From Phoronis australis (Eukaryota; Animalia; Phoronida): a DNA stretch of 64,000 nt. Position numbers and translations under genes: made by a program. Shown here piece by piece: positions 52,308 through 64,000 of this stretch (positions are counted from its first letter, which is position 1; each line of letters starts with the position of its first letter). The notes under the pieces are model-generated. The model was not told the origin of the DNA, did not search any database, and saw nothing but the letters and a program-made list of their open reading frames with translations. The stretch lies in the NCBI GenBank assembly GCA_002633005.1, contig NMRA01000126.1, positions 775,839 through 839,838 on the forward strand, given 5' to 3'.

Positions 52308-55300
52308 ATGTCATCCTCAGGTGTGCGGGCCCGTGGAACAGATGGTAGTGACTTCCTTCATCGTGAACGCGTGGCAGATCATTATGCCGTCAGGTGAGTG
52401 AATGGCTGTGGGAGGCGTGAATCACTTGGCTGAGGTCAGATTTTCGGTGAGAGTCACTCAGTGAGATTTGTCAGGTTGTTGGTGTTACTGTACTGTAGTT
52501 CGTTGAGCGGTGCTAGGCCTAGACACCTGGCCTATTACCTCAAACCTGTATCTGTTTGTAAATGACTATACCTCCCAATTCAACCGTGAACATTCTCAGA
52601 AGGCACCTGTTTCTTTCTCGTGTACCATCCATAAACCAATGCAAGTGCTCACCGGCTGCTCACAACCTTGCCAGATAACGTAGCTGGATAGACTAAACAA
52701 TATCTAATCACTAGTCTAATGCACATAGCTCATGTTGATTCAAGTAAAAACGGCCACATCAGTGACACGCTACTTTAGGAGAAGGAATGATTGTGTGAAG
52801 GCATTTCTCAACTTCCTTAGCTACTATACTTACATGTTCATAACCTCCTAAACTTTTTGGTTAAATTAGTGCTAGTGTATTCGATGCTATATGTCCGTGT
52901 GGCGTAACAAGGAGTTAATGTGGTGAGTTTACGTCTATGTGCAGGTGAAAGTGTGACCAGTGGGCAAATCACTGTCACAAACCTTTCCAAGTACGCTGTC
53001 ACTGGTATTTAACTGCTGCCTCGCATGGGATTTTTTCTCAAAGAAAATACAGTCAAACTAGAAAATCTAGCAAAACTCAGAGCCCTCTGTTTTGTTTACA
53101 GCAATGACGTTAGCACGCACGAACAACTACTCTCACTAGCTAACAAACCACCCCTTCATCTACACAGACTTCGACGTATTGCAATAGAAGTATTTAAAAT
53201 CCTTTATGGTGAATTAACCAAGATACTTCTTTCACTTTTAAAGAAGCAAGAAAACGATTACTCCTTTTGCTACAGCAACCTTTTAGATATTACTCAAGTT
53301 AAATCTGTCAAATATGGTAAAACATCTTTTTGCTTCGAGGCTGCTCGGGTCTGGAACAGTCTACCGAATGTGTTGCGCACAACAGAGCCTTTCACTATTT
53401 TCCGTGAAGTGATCCGGACCTGGACCGGCCCTGAATGCAGCTGTTCTCTGTGGAAACACTCGAGGTTATGCTGCAATTAGTGTATGCCATCGTTTCTTTT
53501 ATGATTTATCTAGATTGTAGCATTTACATGTGTACCTCTTATAGCTTATACTCAGACCCTAGTCTATACTTTAGCGATTACGACAACTTAACTTTTATTT
53601 CGTACAATTATATATCTGTGTTATTCTCCACCTTCAGCTTAAGTTCCATTTTCTTCATGATTCTGTTAAACTTAATTTCGTAGAAATAGCACAACCGGCT
53701 AATGTTAATCTGTTCTTCGAACGATGTGAAATAAAGATTTTTGATTTTTGATTCTTGATTCTTGATAAGCTTCTTGGAGAGATTGTGAGTGACCTTACTA
53801 GTAGACTAACAATTGTACATGGCAAAGGACAGCAATGGCACCAGGTGAATGTTCACGGTTGAAATGGGGAAAACCTTGAAGTACAATGCTGTTTATTGGT
53901 GTCGTTCTTAACAAATGTAATGGGTGAACATGTTATAGCAATTTAGCTGCAGATAAAGCTGTCTGATGTAAATTACCCTCAGATTGAAAAGATTTGAGTT
54001 GTCCCGCTGATACTGCTTACTGGGTGGCTACATTGAATATCACTTAAATAGCTTTATACAATAGTGTCACTTGGGGCGGCAAATAAAATTGCACTGTGAT
54101 CTAATCATGTCTCGGAATAAATCTTCAGTGTTTTACATAAAATGAACACTGTACAAAATGTTTTAAACCAAAAATCAAAAATCTTTCAGTGTTACACAAT
54201 TAACAAACAGCTTCTAAAATGGCATATTGTCAAGTCTTTTTGAAATGTCTGCAGTTCTCGCTAATGAATTTGGTAGTGCCGGTATTTGAAAATTATTCAC
54301 AATATAATAGTCATTGTCAAGGATGTCTGCTGAGAGCACTTAGCTTCATGAATAAATTCTCTTTCTGACCTGTTGTGAAGCTAGTGTTTTTCCTGCACTC
54401 TTACATCAGTCAAAGTTTTGATATACCTACCAAGGTGTTTTCCATTTGTGCTATACACAGTACAGTGCAGAAAGAGATATTTGAATGGTATTGAAAAAGC
54501 TGCACAGCTTATGAAATATGGTAGACGAGTGCTACATACCGTGTGCGCAGCACTTTTTGGGCAATGTTTTTTTAATTGTGTCAAAAGTGTGATAACCAGT
54601 TGTGTTTTCTATCGTGTGTGTCCATCACAAAAACAACCTATTTTGCATTCTTGCAATGAAGTAATTATATAGTTTGCCTTCAGACTCTTTCTTTGGTCGT
54701 GTTGGACCCCTATGTCTGTACCTACACATGTCCTCAAAAGTTTCTTTTGTGTGTAAGCTATGTACTTATTCCATTTTTGGGAGTTCAACTTCAAACAAAC
54801 CAGCAGCTAATTAATTAGCTGTCTGACCACTGTTAAGAATGACAGTCATGTTAATTAGGAAGTGTTGGTTTACTATGTACACTGGAGTGTGTGCCTGCCT
54901 ATGGAATGTGATTGGCTTGTTCTGACAATTTGCTTAAGTATTGAGTATGGACTCTGCAGCTGTGTCAAAAGCTATAGAAGTTTTAAGAAGGGGGTGAGTT
55001 GCAGTTGATTTGAATTGGGTTTTGGTTGGACAAGTAGTCCTTTGCAGCTGAGCTCAAACTTTGTACAGTGTCATCTAGGTGTTATTTGTCAACAACATCC
55101 AAGTCAATGCGATTATGATCTTAGAGTTTCGTCAGAGACTGAGAAATCAACCTGTTCATGTACAGCTTTATAATAGAAGCTAAGATTGTGAGCTAACATG
55201 TTCTCGGAACAACCTCTAAATATTTGCAACAGTGGAAATTGTATTACTTGATTTCAAAATGCTCTGTTTGTTTGCTGTAGTGGAAAATTATATTATTAAC

Positions 55301-56180
55301 ATTAAAATTATTTTTGGGTATACGTTGGTATGGGTGGTGCAGCACTGAAAAAAGTGGGGACTATAGTTCCCCAGCCCCCCTCTTATGAAGTGCCCATAGA
55401 CCATGGGCGGCATAGCGCTGAAAAAAGTTGGGGGTTATAGCCCCCCAGACCCTTGTGGTGTGGCGCCCATGTTTGGGTGCTGGCCTGTGTTTGTGTGTCA
55501 CTTAATTGAGTTTACAGTTCCATGAGCCGTGTTGATGAGTGCATGAAACATGTTGTTCTTGTAACCTCTGTTTGTACTAGTATTTGTGTTGGTGTTTGTG
55601 CCAGGCTGTTCAGAACGTGATACCCAGGACACACCCTTGGATCAAATCTGAGTTAGGCAATTGAAACGTCAGTTAATTGTTGATCATTTCTTATTTCAGT
55701 GCTGTCAACAAAAGCCGCCTGCGACTCACCGCTTGCCTTCATTTGGCGGTATCTCTACTCATGGTGACTCGTCTACTGCCCTACCTGCTCACACTACTCA
55801 AAATGAGCGTCCCCCAAAGACTGGCACAGCTGGCTTTACCTGATCCCAATGCCTGGGAGTATGCCTGGTGCGCTAGTATTTTGGCTTCTATCTTTGGACT
55901 GATGTCTTTAGCCAAGAACCGCGTTTTCCTGATACAGCAGTACATCATTGGAACAATCATGTTTGGATTCTTTCCGGTTGTGTTTGGAATTTACAACCTA
56001 TTGGATGACCTAACGTTATACATCAACACCAAGCAGTACAGGTCCTCCATTCTTGGAGTTCCATCAGTCATCCTCTACTGTATGTTTATAGTAATAGCTC
56101 TACAAATTCATATCTTTGGTACATACTTCGCCTGTCAACTACTATCATCATGGAAGGGCAAGCGTGTGAAAACCAAGTAG
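52308..56180 (+). CDS. JAGN1: Protein jagunal homolog 1 (ER membrane protein), 188 aa
   Basis: Exon 1 52308-52393 encodes MSSSGVRARGTDGSDFLHRERVADHY (jagunal signature GTDGSDFxHRERVA). A phase-2 intron leads to exon 2 55700-56180 (SAVNKSRL..AWEYAW.., four hydrophobic segments, basic C-terminus). Confidence 0.95.
53025..53765 (+). mobile_element. LINE (CR1/L2-like) 3' fragment in JAGN1 intron
   Basis: ORF with LHLHRLRRIAIEVFKIL and GKTSFCFEAARVWNSLP (ORF2 C-terminus), followed by a 3'UTR, AATAAA and a (GATTYTT)n tandem tail. Confidence 0.8.
55330..55471. repeat. Tandem dimer of ~70-bp mini-MITE, copy A
   Basis: Units (C)ATGGGCGGC..GCTGAAAAAAGT.GGGG..GCGCCCATG; the reverse-complement dimer sits at 60041-60174. 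Confidence 0.6.
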
Positions 56181-59043
56181 TTGGCTGCTAACTGTCACCA
56201 TCTGTAATATGATTTGGTGCAATTTTAATACAGAATTCTTCCGTTTCTTAGAAGCACTGTACATTAAATCTCTTGCTAAGACAATGTGCATAAATCTGGT
56301 CTTCAGTTAAGTTGACAGAGTGCAGTACACTCTTTCACAGTGCTACGAAAGGTACTACTGTCGAATGTTGTTTAACATGGGTTAAAGTAATGAAAATGAT
56401 GTCATAACATTCAGTCATTCCCATTGGTTGAAAGTTGGGAAACACCTTTCAAATGAAATATTACAAATCCTAATTTGTGTTTTGAAATCGCTGCAGATAG
56501 ATATGAAGTTTTCGTAAACGTACAATTAGGTTTGTTACATTTTTTAATGTTTACTTGCTTGAATTGAAGGTTAGAATTCATTATGAAGTTCCTGCCATGG
56601 TACAAGCGGAATTTCATGTGTGGTTCATCATGTTTTCACAGGGCCACTTTTCAGTATAGGTTGCGCTGTGTCAGAGGGTACAGGGTGCAGTTGACTTTGT
56701 CTTAGTATGTGTTGTCAGTCCTTCAGATAAGCTGGACAGAATTACTATAAAATCTCACTAATTAAGGACATCATTTGGGGGAAAATGAAATTTTATGTTT
56801 TTCATTTTTAATGAAAGATAAGCACTGTAGCATGAAGTCTGTGCTTGAATGTTATTTTAAACTTCCATACCATAACTAAAATCAAACAATGTATTGAGAC
56901 ATTGTAGTCATTCATGATTCGCAACAAGGTTAGAAACCTTTGAAACAGGAAAAAAAATCAATTTTGTTATTTGTTTTTGTCCAAAGTTAGTGATATTTTA
57001 TTCTGAACAGGTCCTTGTATTGTTCTTAAATTCTGTAAATGATAACATGGTATGGTTTGTAATTTTTGTGTGGTTCACTTAAAACAGTTATAAATGTTGC
57101 AACAATCGGTATTAATGTTTAAATGTTACTGTCATGAAAAGATTCTAAACCCTGCTTTGGTGATTTCAAGTATCCTTGTTCTGTCCCCTGATTATGCACC
57201 ATCATGTCTCCTTTGGGTGATAAATGCAATGTTGAACTAAAAACACCAAGTTCATGCATAGGCCACCGTGAGATTAAGCAGGATTCCAAGTTCTTGCACA
57301 AGAGCCGTTACTTTACCCTCCATATGGGCAACTGAACAACTGAACGAAGGACTGTTAGATAAAAAATTGCGTTGCACAGTATTTGTTGGAGCTGTGAAGA
57401 GTTAAAGGCGTCATCTGCCTTCTAAGGAACCCCTTTGTGTGCAAAAAAGGTTCTTATAGCAACAAGACTTTGATGGTATAATCAATGTGAGGCATACTAG
57501 TACTCACTACCTTCAGAATGGATCGTGGTTCTTTGTGTGGTTTTCCCATAGCTATTTTACCGGCGCTTTATGCATACGTTACACTTGCTGGTTTATGCAA
57601 ACTTTGTAAGCAATTTTAATACAAACTTTTGAGAGTAGACAGGATTACAAAGCATAATTTTGTTTTGGACAACTTTATGGGAAGTAGTTGTTAATGTTAC
57701 CTTTTATTACGGCAAAACCGGGGTTGGTATCCTTTTAAATGTAATTCTCAGCATGAAAATAATATCAATAATTTCAGTTTATAGTATTCAGTTGTCTAAA
57801 TAAATGACAAATTATTCCTTACTTTCTGTGACATCAAAAAGAACGTACTCATGATAATGTTTATGATATAATTGTCTCATTTCTCGGACTTCGGGAGACA
57901 CAAAAATACAAATCGATACAAATACGGAACACATTAAACTTCACGGCAATGATTGCAAGCGCATACCTTCTTCAGTGTATAGACCTAGACATGTAAAAGT
58001 TCTTCACTCTTTTTAACAAATACATTGATATTGAGGCTCAGTATCTTCGTTTTTATTGACATTACTTTGTCTCGCTCTACCATTCAGGATAATTTGACCT
58101 GGGCCGTGTTTTTGATAAAATTGCACCACTTCGCAGACGGATTGTTATCAGCAAAAATGCCTGTTCTGCTGAACATACGAAAAAGATTTTTATCTTAGTA
58201 ATTAGGTAAACATTAATGATCAGGGCATTTCTAATTCGTCCAAACGATGAAATATCTTGGTACGAAATTTGCCCTTAACTACTCCAAAGTTGTCTGGCTT
58301 ACTTTATACATCTTTGGGCCAACAGGGCCTTAAAGATACTCATTTCTTTATATTCATCATTTTAGAACACTGGAGCTTCGTCAGTCGAAAGGTATAGCTA
58401 AAATATTAACATTTTATAACTTTCAGCTCTGTCCGGCTTGCCTTATTATACAGTTTTTTAAAGCGAGCGAGGTTTTCGCGGTACTGGACCTAATTACGTA
58501 CAGTGTATGGCGATAGTTGAGTGAGAACCCACATTGCATGAATCAGTTGTCACAACAGCGATCATTTTAGGTGGTGGTGCACCATCGAAAACAAAAGTTA
58601 AACTGTAAATCATATTTAATTCCATTAAGTTCGATAATGTTCGGAGTTGTGTTAAATGAGTATTATTTGGGCTGAAGTTTCGACTGAACTAACTTGCGAT
58701 AAAATCCGTTTATGAAGCGGAAAGAGTAGGCAATGGACGATAGCCATTCTTTCCTGCTATTGTCAGATCATCCGCACAATTACTGTCATTGAGTTGAGTA
58801 TGCTCTGCACCGGAGTTCAAGACACCGTTCCAAGGAACATACGTAATTATATCGAACCCGGACTTTAAGGTCCGTAACTCGGGTAACACTTCATCGTGAC
58901 GTCAGAACATTGTGCTGCTGGCCTGCATGTGTGCGGGGTTTTGCTGAGTGAGGTTCTTTGTTTTCATTGCTAACCGTCACCTAGAGAGCATTATAACATC
59001 ACCCATATGTTGCCGTAGCATTTGCAGTCAACATTAGCACATT

Positions 59044-62000
59044 ATGTTTGTTCTGGTACTATCGTTTTTATCGTTGTTTCTTCGCTGGGGGCTGACCAGT
59101 TCAGATTATAGTAAGTTAACAACGGAGCAAGTAGATGAATTAGTTGAAAAGACGCTCTCTGAAATATCCTCTGCCGTAGATGAAATGAACGCTTCCTCTG
59201 ATGAGAATGGTGAAGACGACGCATCAAATCGAAAGAAAAGGGATGACGAATGTGGAAAGATCTCGTGCTGGTCTGAATGGTCTGAGTGGACTGAATGTTC
59301 GTCTGCTTGCAACAGCGGTCACCAGATCCGATCGCGGACGTGTTTACATGATCGTAGGCGAAAGAGAAGTTCGTTGGGTGTGTCCACGTGCGAAGGCGAT
59401 GATCACAGTATCCGCGAGTGCCAAGGCGAAGCGGGGCACTGTGGGGCTCAACACCGGCAACACCCGCCGAGTAATGACGAAAGGAAGAGCTCGAAGGAGG
59501 AATTGACCGATGGAAAGTTTGAGAAAATATTAAAGATTCTCGACGGGACAACTGGTAGAGATGGTTGGAAAAGTAAGTAATCTATTACAGCAGCACATTG
59601 TAAACTTCAGAGTAGTCACATAATGACCATTCCTCCAAGTGAACTACTTGTTGTGCAAATTAGAAATAAACCCTCTGAAAACTCACTGCATTATTTGTGC
59701 CGGCATTGAAGAGCCACCTGATTTTTTATGGGAATTGATGATTGTCTTTCGCTAAAATTGCGTTGCGTTGCAGGGCCACGAGTCATAACTTAAAGCTGAC
59801 CTCTCCATGTCTATGTTGGGAGGTGTTCTTGGCTATCTGACACCCCACTCAAACCAAGAACTGGTTTATTGCTCTGTCTATCACCATACGTCTGCAATCG
59901 GTGACACTGAGGTGCCCAAAGACTTCGAATTTGACTGGCATTCGCACAGCGATGCTTAGATGAGTGTTATTCGAATTTTTATCGTACAGGAGCAGTTTGC
60001 ATCATTGCCTACATGGTCGGTGCGGAGAAAGAACCCTTAACCATGGACGGCTCACCATATAGGGGGCTGAGGCCCCTAGCCCCCGCTTTTTCAGCTCTGC
60101 GCTGCCCATGGTCTATAGGCGGTGCACCACAGGGAGGCTAAAGCCCCCATTTTTTCAGTGCTGCGTCGCCCATGTGAACGTGTGCTTTGAATAACTGGTT
60201 TGTGCTATCTACAGAACTTCACACCTGAAGGCTGCGCGCTACGATCAAAATTTCTGGGTATAGGTGAGACGGAACATCACCGCGGTTAGACTCCGCCGTA
60301 TCTGAGAGGTATAGTACACGGTGGAGACGGCGGATGTGAGGGAATGAACAGATAAAGTTCTTGGTTTGAGCGGGGTGTCAGTGAGGCTGTGTCGGTACCG
60401 ACAGCCAAGAATTCCTTACTGTGCAGACATGGCGGTGTGCGATTTAAGTGACCTGCCTCGTGACCCAGGGCTGTTGAAATATCATAGAACTCTAGTCCGG
60501 AGTTATTTAGCAACGCACACAGCAGTGGGCGACCGTCCCAATTTTCGCGGTCATCAGTCAGTCTCAGTAGGAACCACACGCCTCGAAAACGTTGGAAGAA
60601 ATATTGCTGTTTTCAGTGATATTTCAGAAGCCTTGCGGGGTTAACTTGAAACAAAATATCTGGCAAGAGAATTTCTGTATTAAGGATTTTTTGCAACCTT
60701 CTTTTGTTCCCGTTATTTGAAGCTGTTGAGCTTTATCGATCCACACTTTTGTTGGAGTACCCCATGGTATATGTTTTCCAAAGAAAGGACAAATTTGGAA
60801 TAAAATGTTTTCTTGAAAAATATTTATTATTATAAAACCGCTGGAAACACTGACAAAGTTATAATAGGGGAAAAAAAAACGTTTATTAAGCGACTGTCTG
60901 CTACAGTGTTCTCAAGTGAATTTTTCCTTAGCGAATTTATCGATGATGTCTTCAAAGTAAAATGAGTCTAATTCGTCTTTCAAGGCATTAGAGTAGTCCC
61001 CCGACCTTGATTCACCGTTCATCATAGGCAACTTTTAACTATCTTCATGGTCAATGTGTTCTATCGAAATTGGAACCCCTGTGTAAAAGAGGTATCCTAA
61101 AGTCGAAAACATACTCCCGCACCTTCAAAACAGCTAACCAGCCCGAAAAACACGAACCCCGACCTTTAAAGCAGGAAACCCCGGGATCGAACAGGAAACC
61201 TAGGAACCGAAAAACCTTACCCAGTACCTTAGTCTTGTAACCTGTAGTTTGTGGCCATACAGCATGTAGACCTATCAATTTCCCATTATGATGAAAAATC
61301 AATCTTTCTACTTTAAATAGTTGTGACATGTTGTTTTACTATATGAGAATTTTAGACAACTTATGACTGATTGGAGTTTTACCATTCTTCTGGTGCTAAA
61401 GTTGTGGTGCGATCTTTTGACTCCGCTTTCGACGCCATGAAATATTCCATCACTTATTTGCCAGTTTTTTTCTTCTACATTTCTTCAATTTACTATTCGT
61501 CTTCCACAAGGTTGCGTACATGTCACAACAAATTATCGAAACTGGTTTCATTTCGTTTTTAGTATTTTAATACCATTAACTAAATATTCACCGAGATTAT
61601 CAACGTGTTGAGAGTATGTTGAAATTCACCCACAGACAAATTACGCCAGTTTTACGGATAAAAATCAAATCACAATGGAGTCAAGTTGAAATCGGTGCAA
61701 CGTTTCAGCAAACATCATTGGTTAGGAAGCCGACCTGAGAGTTCAAATCAGTGCGTGAACACGGACACATTGACGGGTGAAAAAAGGCAACTTTGGCCGA
61801 AAACATGCCTGGAATGCAACATCATTCCTGGATTCTTAATACTCGTGACGAGTGTACTGAACAACGTATCGTTAATGTTGGTTTGGCTCTTACTCAGTTT
61901 TAACCGGTTGTACCAAACTTTCTTAGAAATTAATGATAGAGCCATCTTAGTATGAAATGCACCTTCGATAATAAACGTCAGTGTAGGCTTACGTATTAAA

Positions 62001-63610
62001 TGTGTATTGCAGGAAACTGTGAACATTCCGTTTGGAGCAGCTGGTCGCAATGTTCTGATACATGCGGAGAAGGAACTAAATCGAGAAAGAAGGCTTGCAT
62101 GGATGAGCAGGGTGTAAAATGCAACGAAACCTTGTGTAAAGGACAAGGAGAAGAATCAATGATCTGTAACCGCGGAAAGAACGGGAAATGTGATCATAAA
62201 GCCGGGTTGACTATACGGAAGGTGAGAGCAAGCAACTGGCAGAGGAGAGACGCTGAGCAAGGTGAGTTGTCTGGGATCTGTCTGTGTCAGATAGTGGACA
62301 TTTCTACTACTCTCCAGTCTTATTTTTGATCTCCAACACTCCAACCTCTCAATCAACCGCACAAGGATCATTATTGAAATTTACAGATGTATTTCCATTA
62401 AGTAGATCATGGCTGATGCTGATTTTAAGCCAGCTTTGACTTCTTTTGCGCCCCAGCTAGTGGCGATGTTTGAGTCTCCGGCTGTACCCCGGCCTTTGAC
62501 CAGAAGGATCCTTATGACATTTGGCTAGTGTCTTCCTCATGAAAATGTTAATGTTTGACCACGACTTTGGAGTGAATCTGACTACCGCTGTTCCCCTTAT
62601 TGTTAATTTTAGTTTTTTATGTTTGCGTTTGTATCAAAATTTCCAGACGAGTGTTCATAAAATATTAAGATAGAGAGAACAGCCGCGTGTTGTGACTTGT
62701 ATTGTTGTCGCCCGGGCAACAGTTGTGTGGATGTTAATGGCATGTATTGGCGTGCACCTCTATGCATCAAACCACCCAAAAAATCATTATGGAAATTGAC
62801 TGATGTGTTCATTCTGACAAGAGGACGTTGATTTTTGACGTTGCCGACTACTGTGGCGACCTCATTTTGTTGCATCTGCGGCTTTATCTTCTATGGCCCT
62901 TGCTATTACAGTCTTTGTCTCCTAGATCATAACGCTTAATCGTCGTGAAAGACCGTCCGGAGTAAATATGGTGCAACTCGGGACGGTCTGGGGTCTACAG
63001 AAAACCACAGTTCAACTGTGGGTCTACACCATAAACGAGTGTAGTTCTACTTGCTGTGTCAGCTGCTGGTATGCTTATCGCTTTTATGACACACAATGTG
63101 TGACTGGGCAAAGCGTTTTCAAAATAACTGTGGATAAGTCAGTGGAGTGTGAGACCCCTGAGGTCCCTGTCAAGTCCTCACGGCAATTTTACGTGCTTGA
63201 GGCAACTTGATGTTTTGCGTTTGCGCCTGAATGTTAAGATTTCCTTGACGGATTTTCATGAAATGTGCTAAATAGTTTTCTATCAGAGACACGACAATTA
63301 ATGCTTTCCCATTGTCGGACGAGTTTGGCGTATTCTGGGCAATCTATTAGCAAGGAGCCTAGTACTACACTCCTTGCTATCAGTGTCCATTATTGTGATA
63401 CTAATAAACACCCATAGAAACATTGCCATTTCCGGTGCTATCGTGGGCGCATTTCAGAGCTTCGCCTTGCTCTTGTAGATTATGAGGACGATGAAGAAGA
63501 AGACGATATTTCAGATCCAAAAATAAAAGAAGTGCTGAAAGTATTGAATGAATCGTTTTATTCTACGAAACCAACAGGGATCACGACCACATCCACACCA
63601 GCTCCGACGC
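59044..63610 (+). CDS. Secreted thrombospondin type-1 repeat protein (partial; continues beyond window)
   Basis: Exons 59044-59572, 62013-62261, 63479-63610 (all phase 1). Signal peptide MFVLVLSFLSLFLRWGLTS; TSP1 motifs WSEWSEWTECSSACNSGHQIRSRTC and WSSWSQCSDTCGEGTKSRKKAC; acidic spacers and a Thr/Pro-rich stretch. Confidence 0.8.
60041..60174. repeat. Tandem dimer of ~70-bp mini-MITE, copy B
   Basis: Reverse complement of 55330-55471, including the GCCCATGGTCTAT junction. Confidence 0.6.
62966..63193 (+). repeat. Dispersed ~240-bp repeat, copy 2
   Basis: Colinear similarity with 50951-51195. Confidence 0.75.
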
Positions 63611-64000
63611 GTAAGTTCTTTTTATAAGAAAACATCCGGGGGACCTGGCCATCATCGCCATCGCCACTTCCACCACCACTTTCAACATCGGGTGGGAGGC
63701 GTAAGTGATCTGTTTCGAGAAACATTCCCGTATCCCCGATGACATAAGACACGGTGGTTACCAATGCAATAGTTTGATGGGATTTGCGTTGGCAATTTGG
63801 ATGTGCACTCTTTTCAAAACAGACCAGGTGCATATTGATGAAGTGAAAAATCGATCAATATACGAAAGCGTCGAGAAAATTATTTCATAGTCTGAACAGA
63901 GTTGACGCGAACAAATAAACCATAGACTGTGATATTATTTTTGTGTTCTGGGCTTTGCGAAGGATTTTTCTAAGTTCAATGAATGGAAATGTCCTGCACT

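Noticed and set aside
60215-60263. Possible 49-nt extra exon of the TSP1 gene
   Set aside because: AG/GT are present, but it gives an immediate stop in the phase required by the upstream donor.

Overview
Intron-rich, repeat-rich animal (invertebrate) nuclear DNA, not prokaryotic, so most short ORFs in the track are spurious or exon fragments. Five spliced genes were reconstructed from GT-AG junctions with consistent phases. (1) Ribosomal protein RPS4 (+, 1686-6663; ATG exon probably upstream of the window), hosting an intronic SNORA16/snR46-type H/ACA snoRNA and a second H/ACA-like candidate. (2) A ~1,919-aa 'mini-sacsin' (+, 19808-28851) with one HSP90-like SRR module, a J-domain and a HEPN domain. 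(3) IRAK1BP1/SIMPL (-, 51804-42474), head-to-head with (4) JAGN1 (+, 52308-56180). (5) A secreted, furin-site-rich thrombospondin type-1 repeat protein (+, from 59044, running off the window). Intergenic and intronic space holds a hAT-type DNA transposon family with 5-bp target-site duplications (one 2.4-kb copy with a transposase remnant plus two MITEs), a solo LTR, LINE remnants, tRNA-derived SINE heads, a 1.3-kb foldback element and a ~130-bp-period array of CTCF-like motifs just downstream of RPS4. All calls are by eye; no database searches were run.
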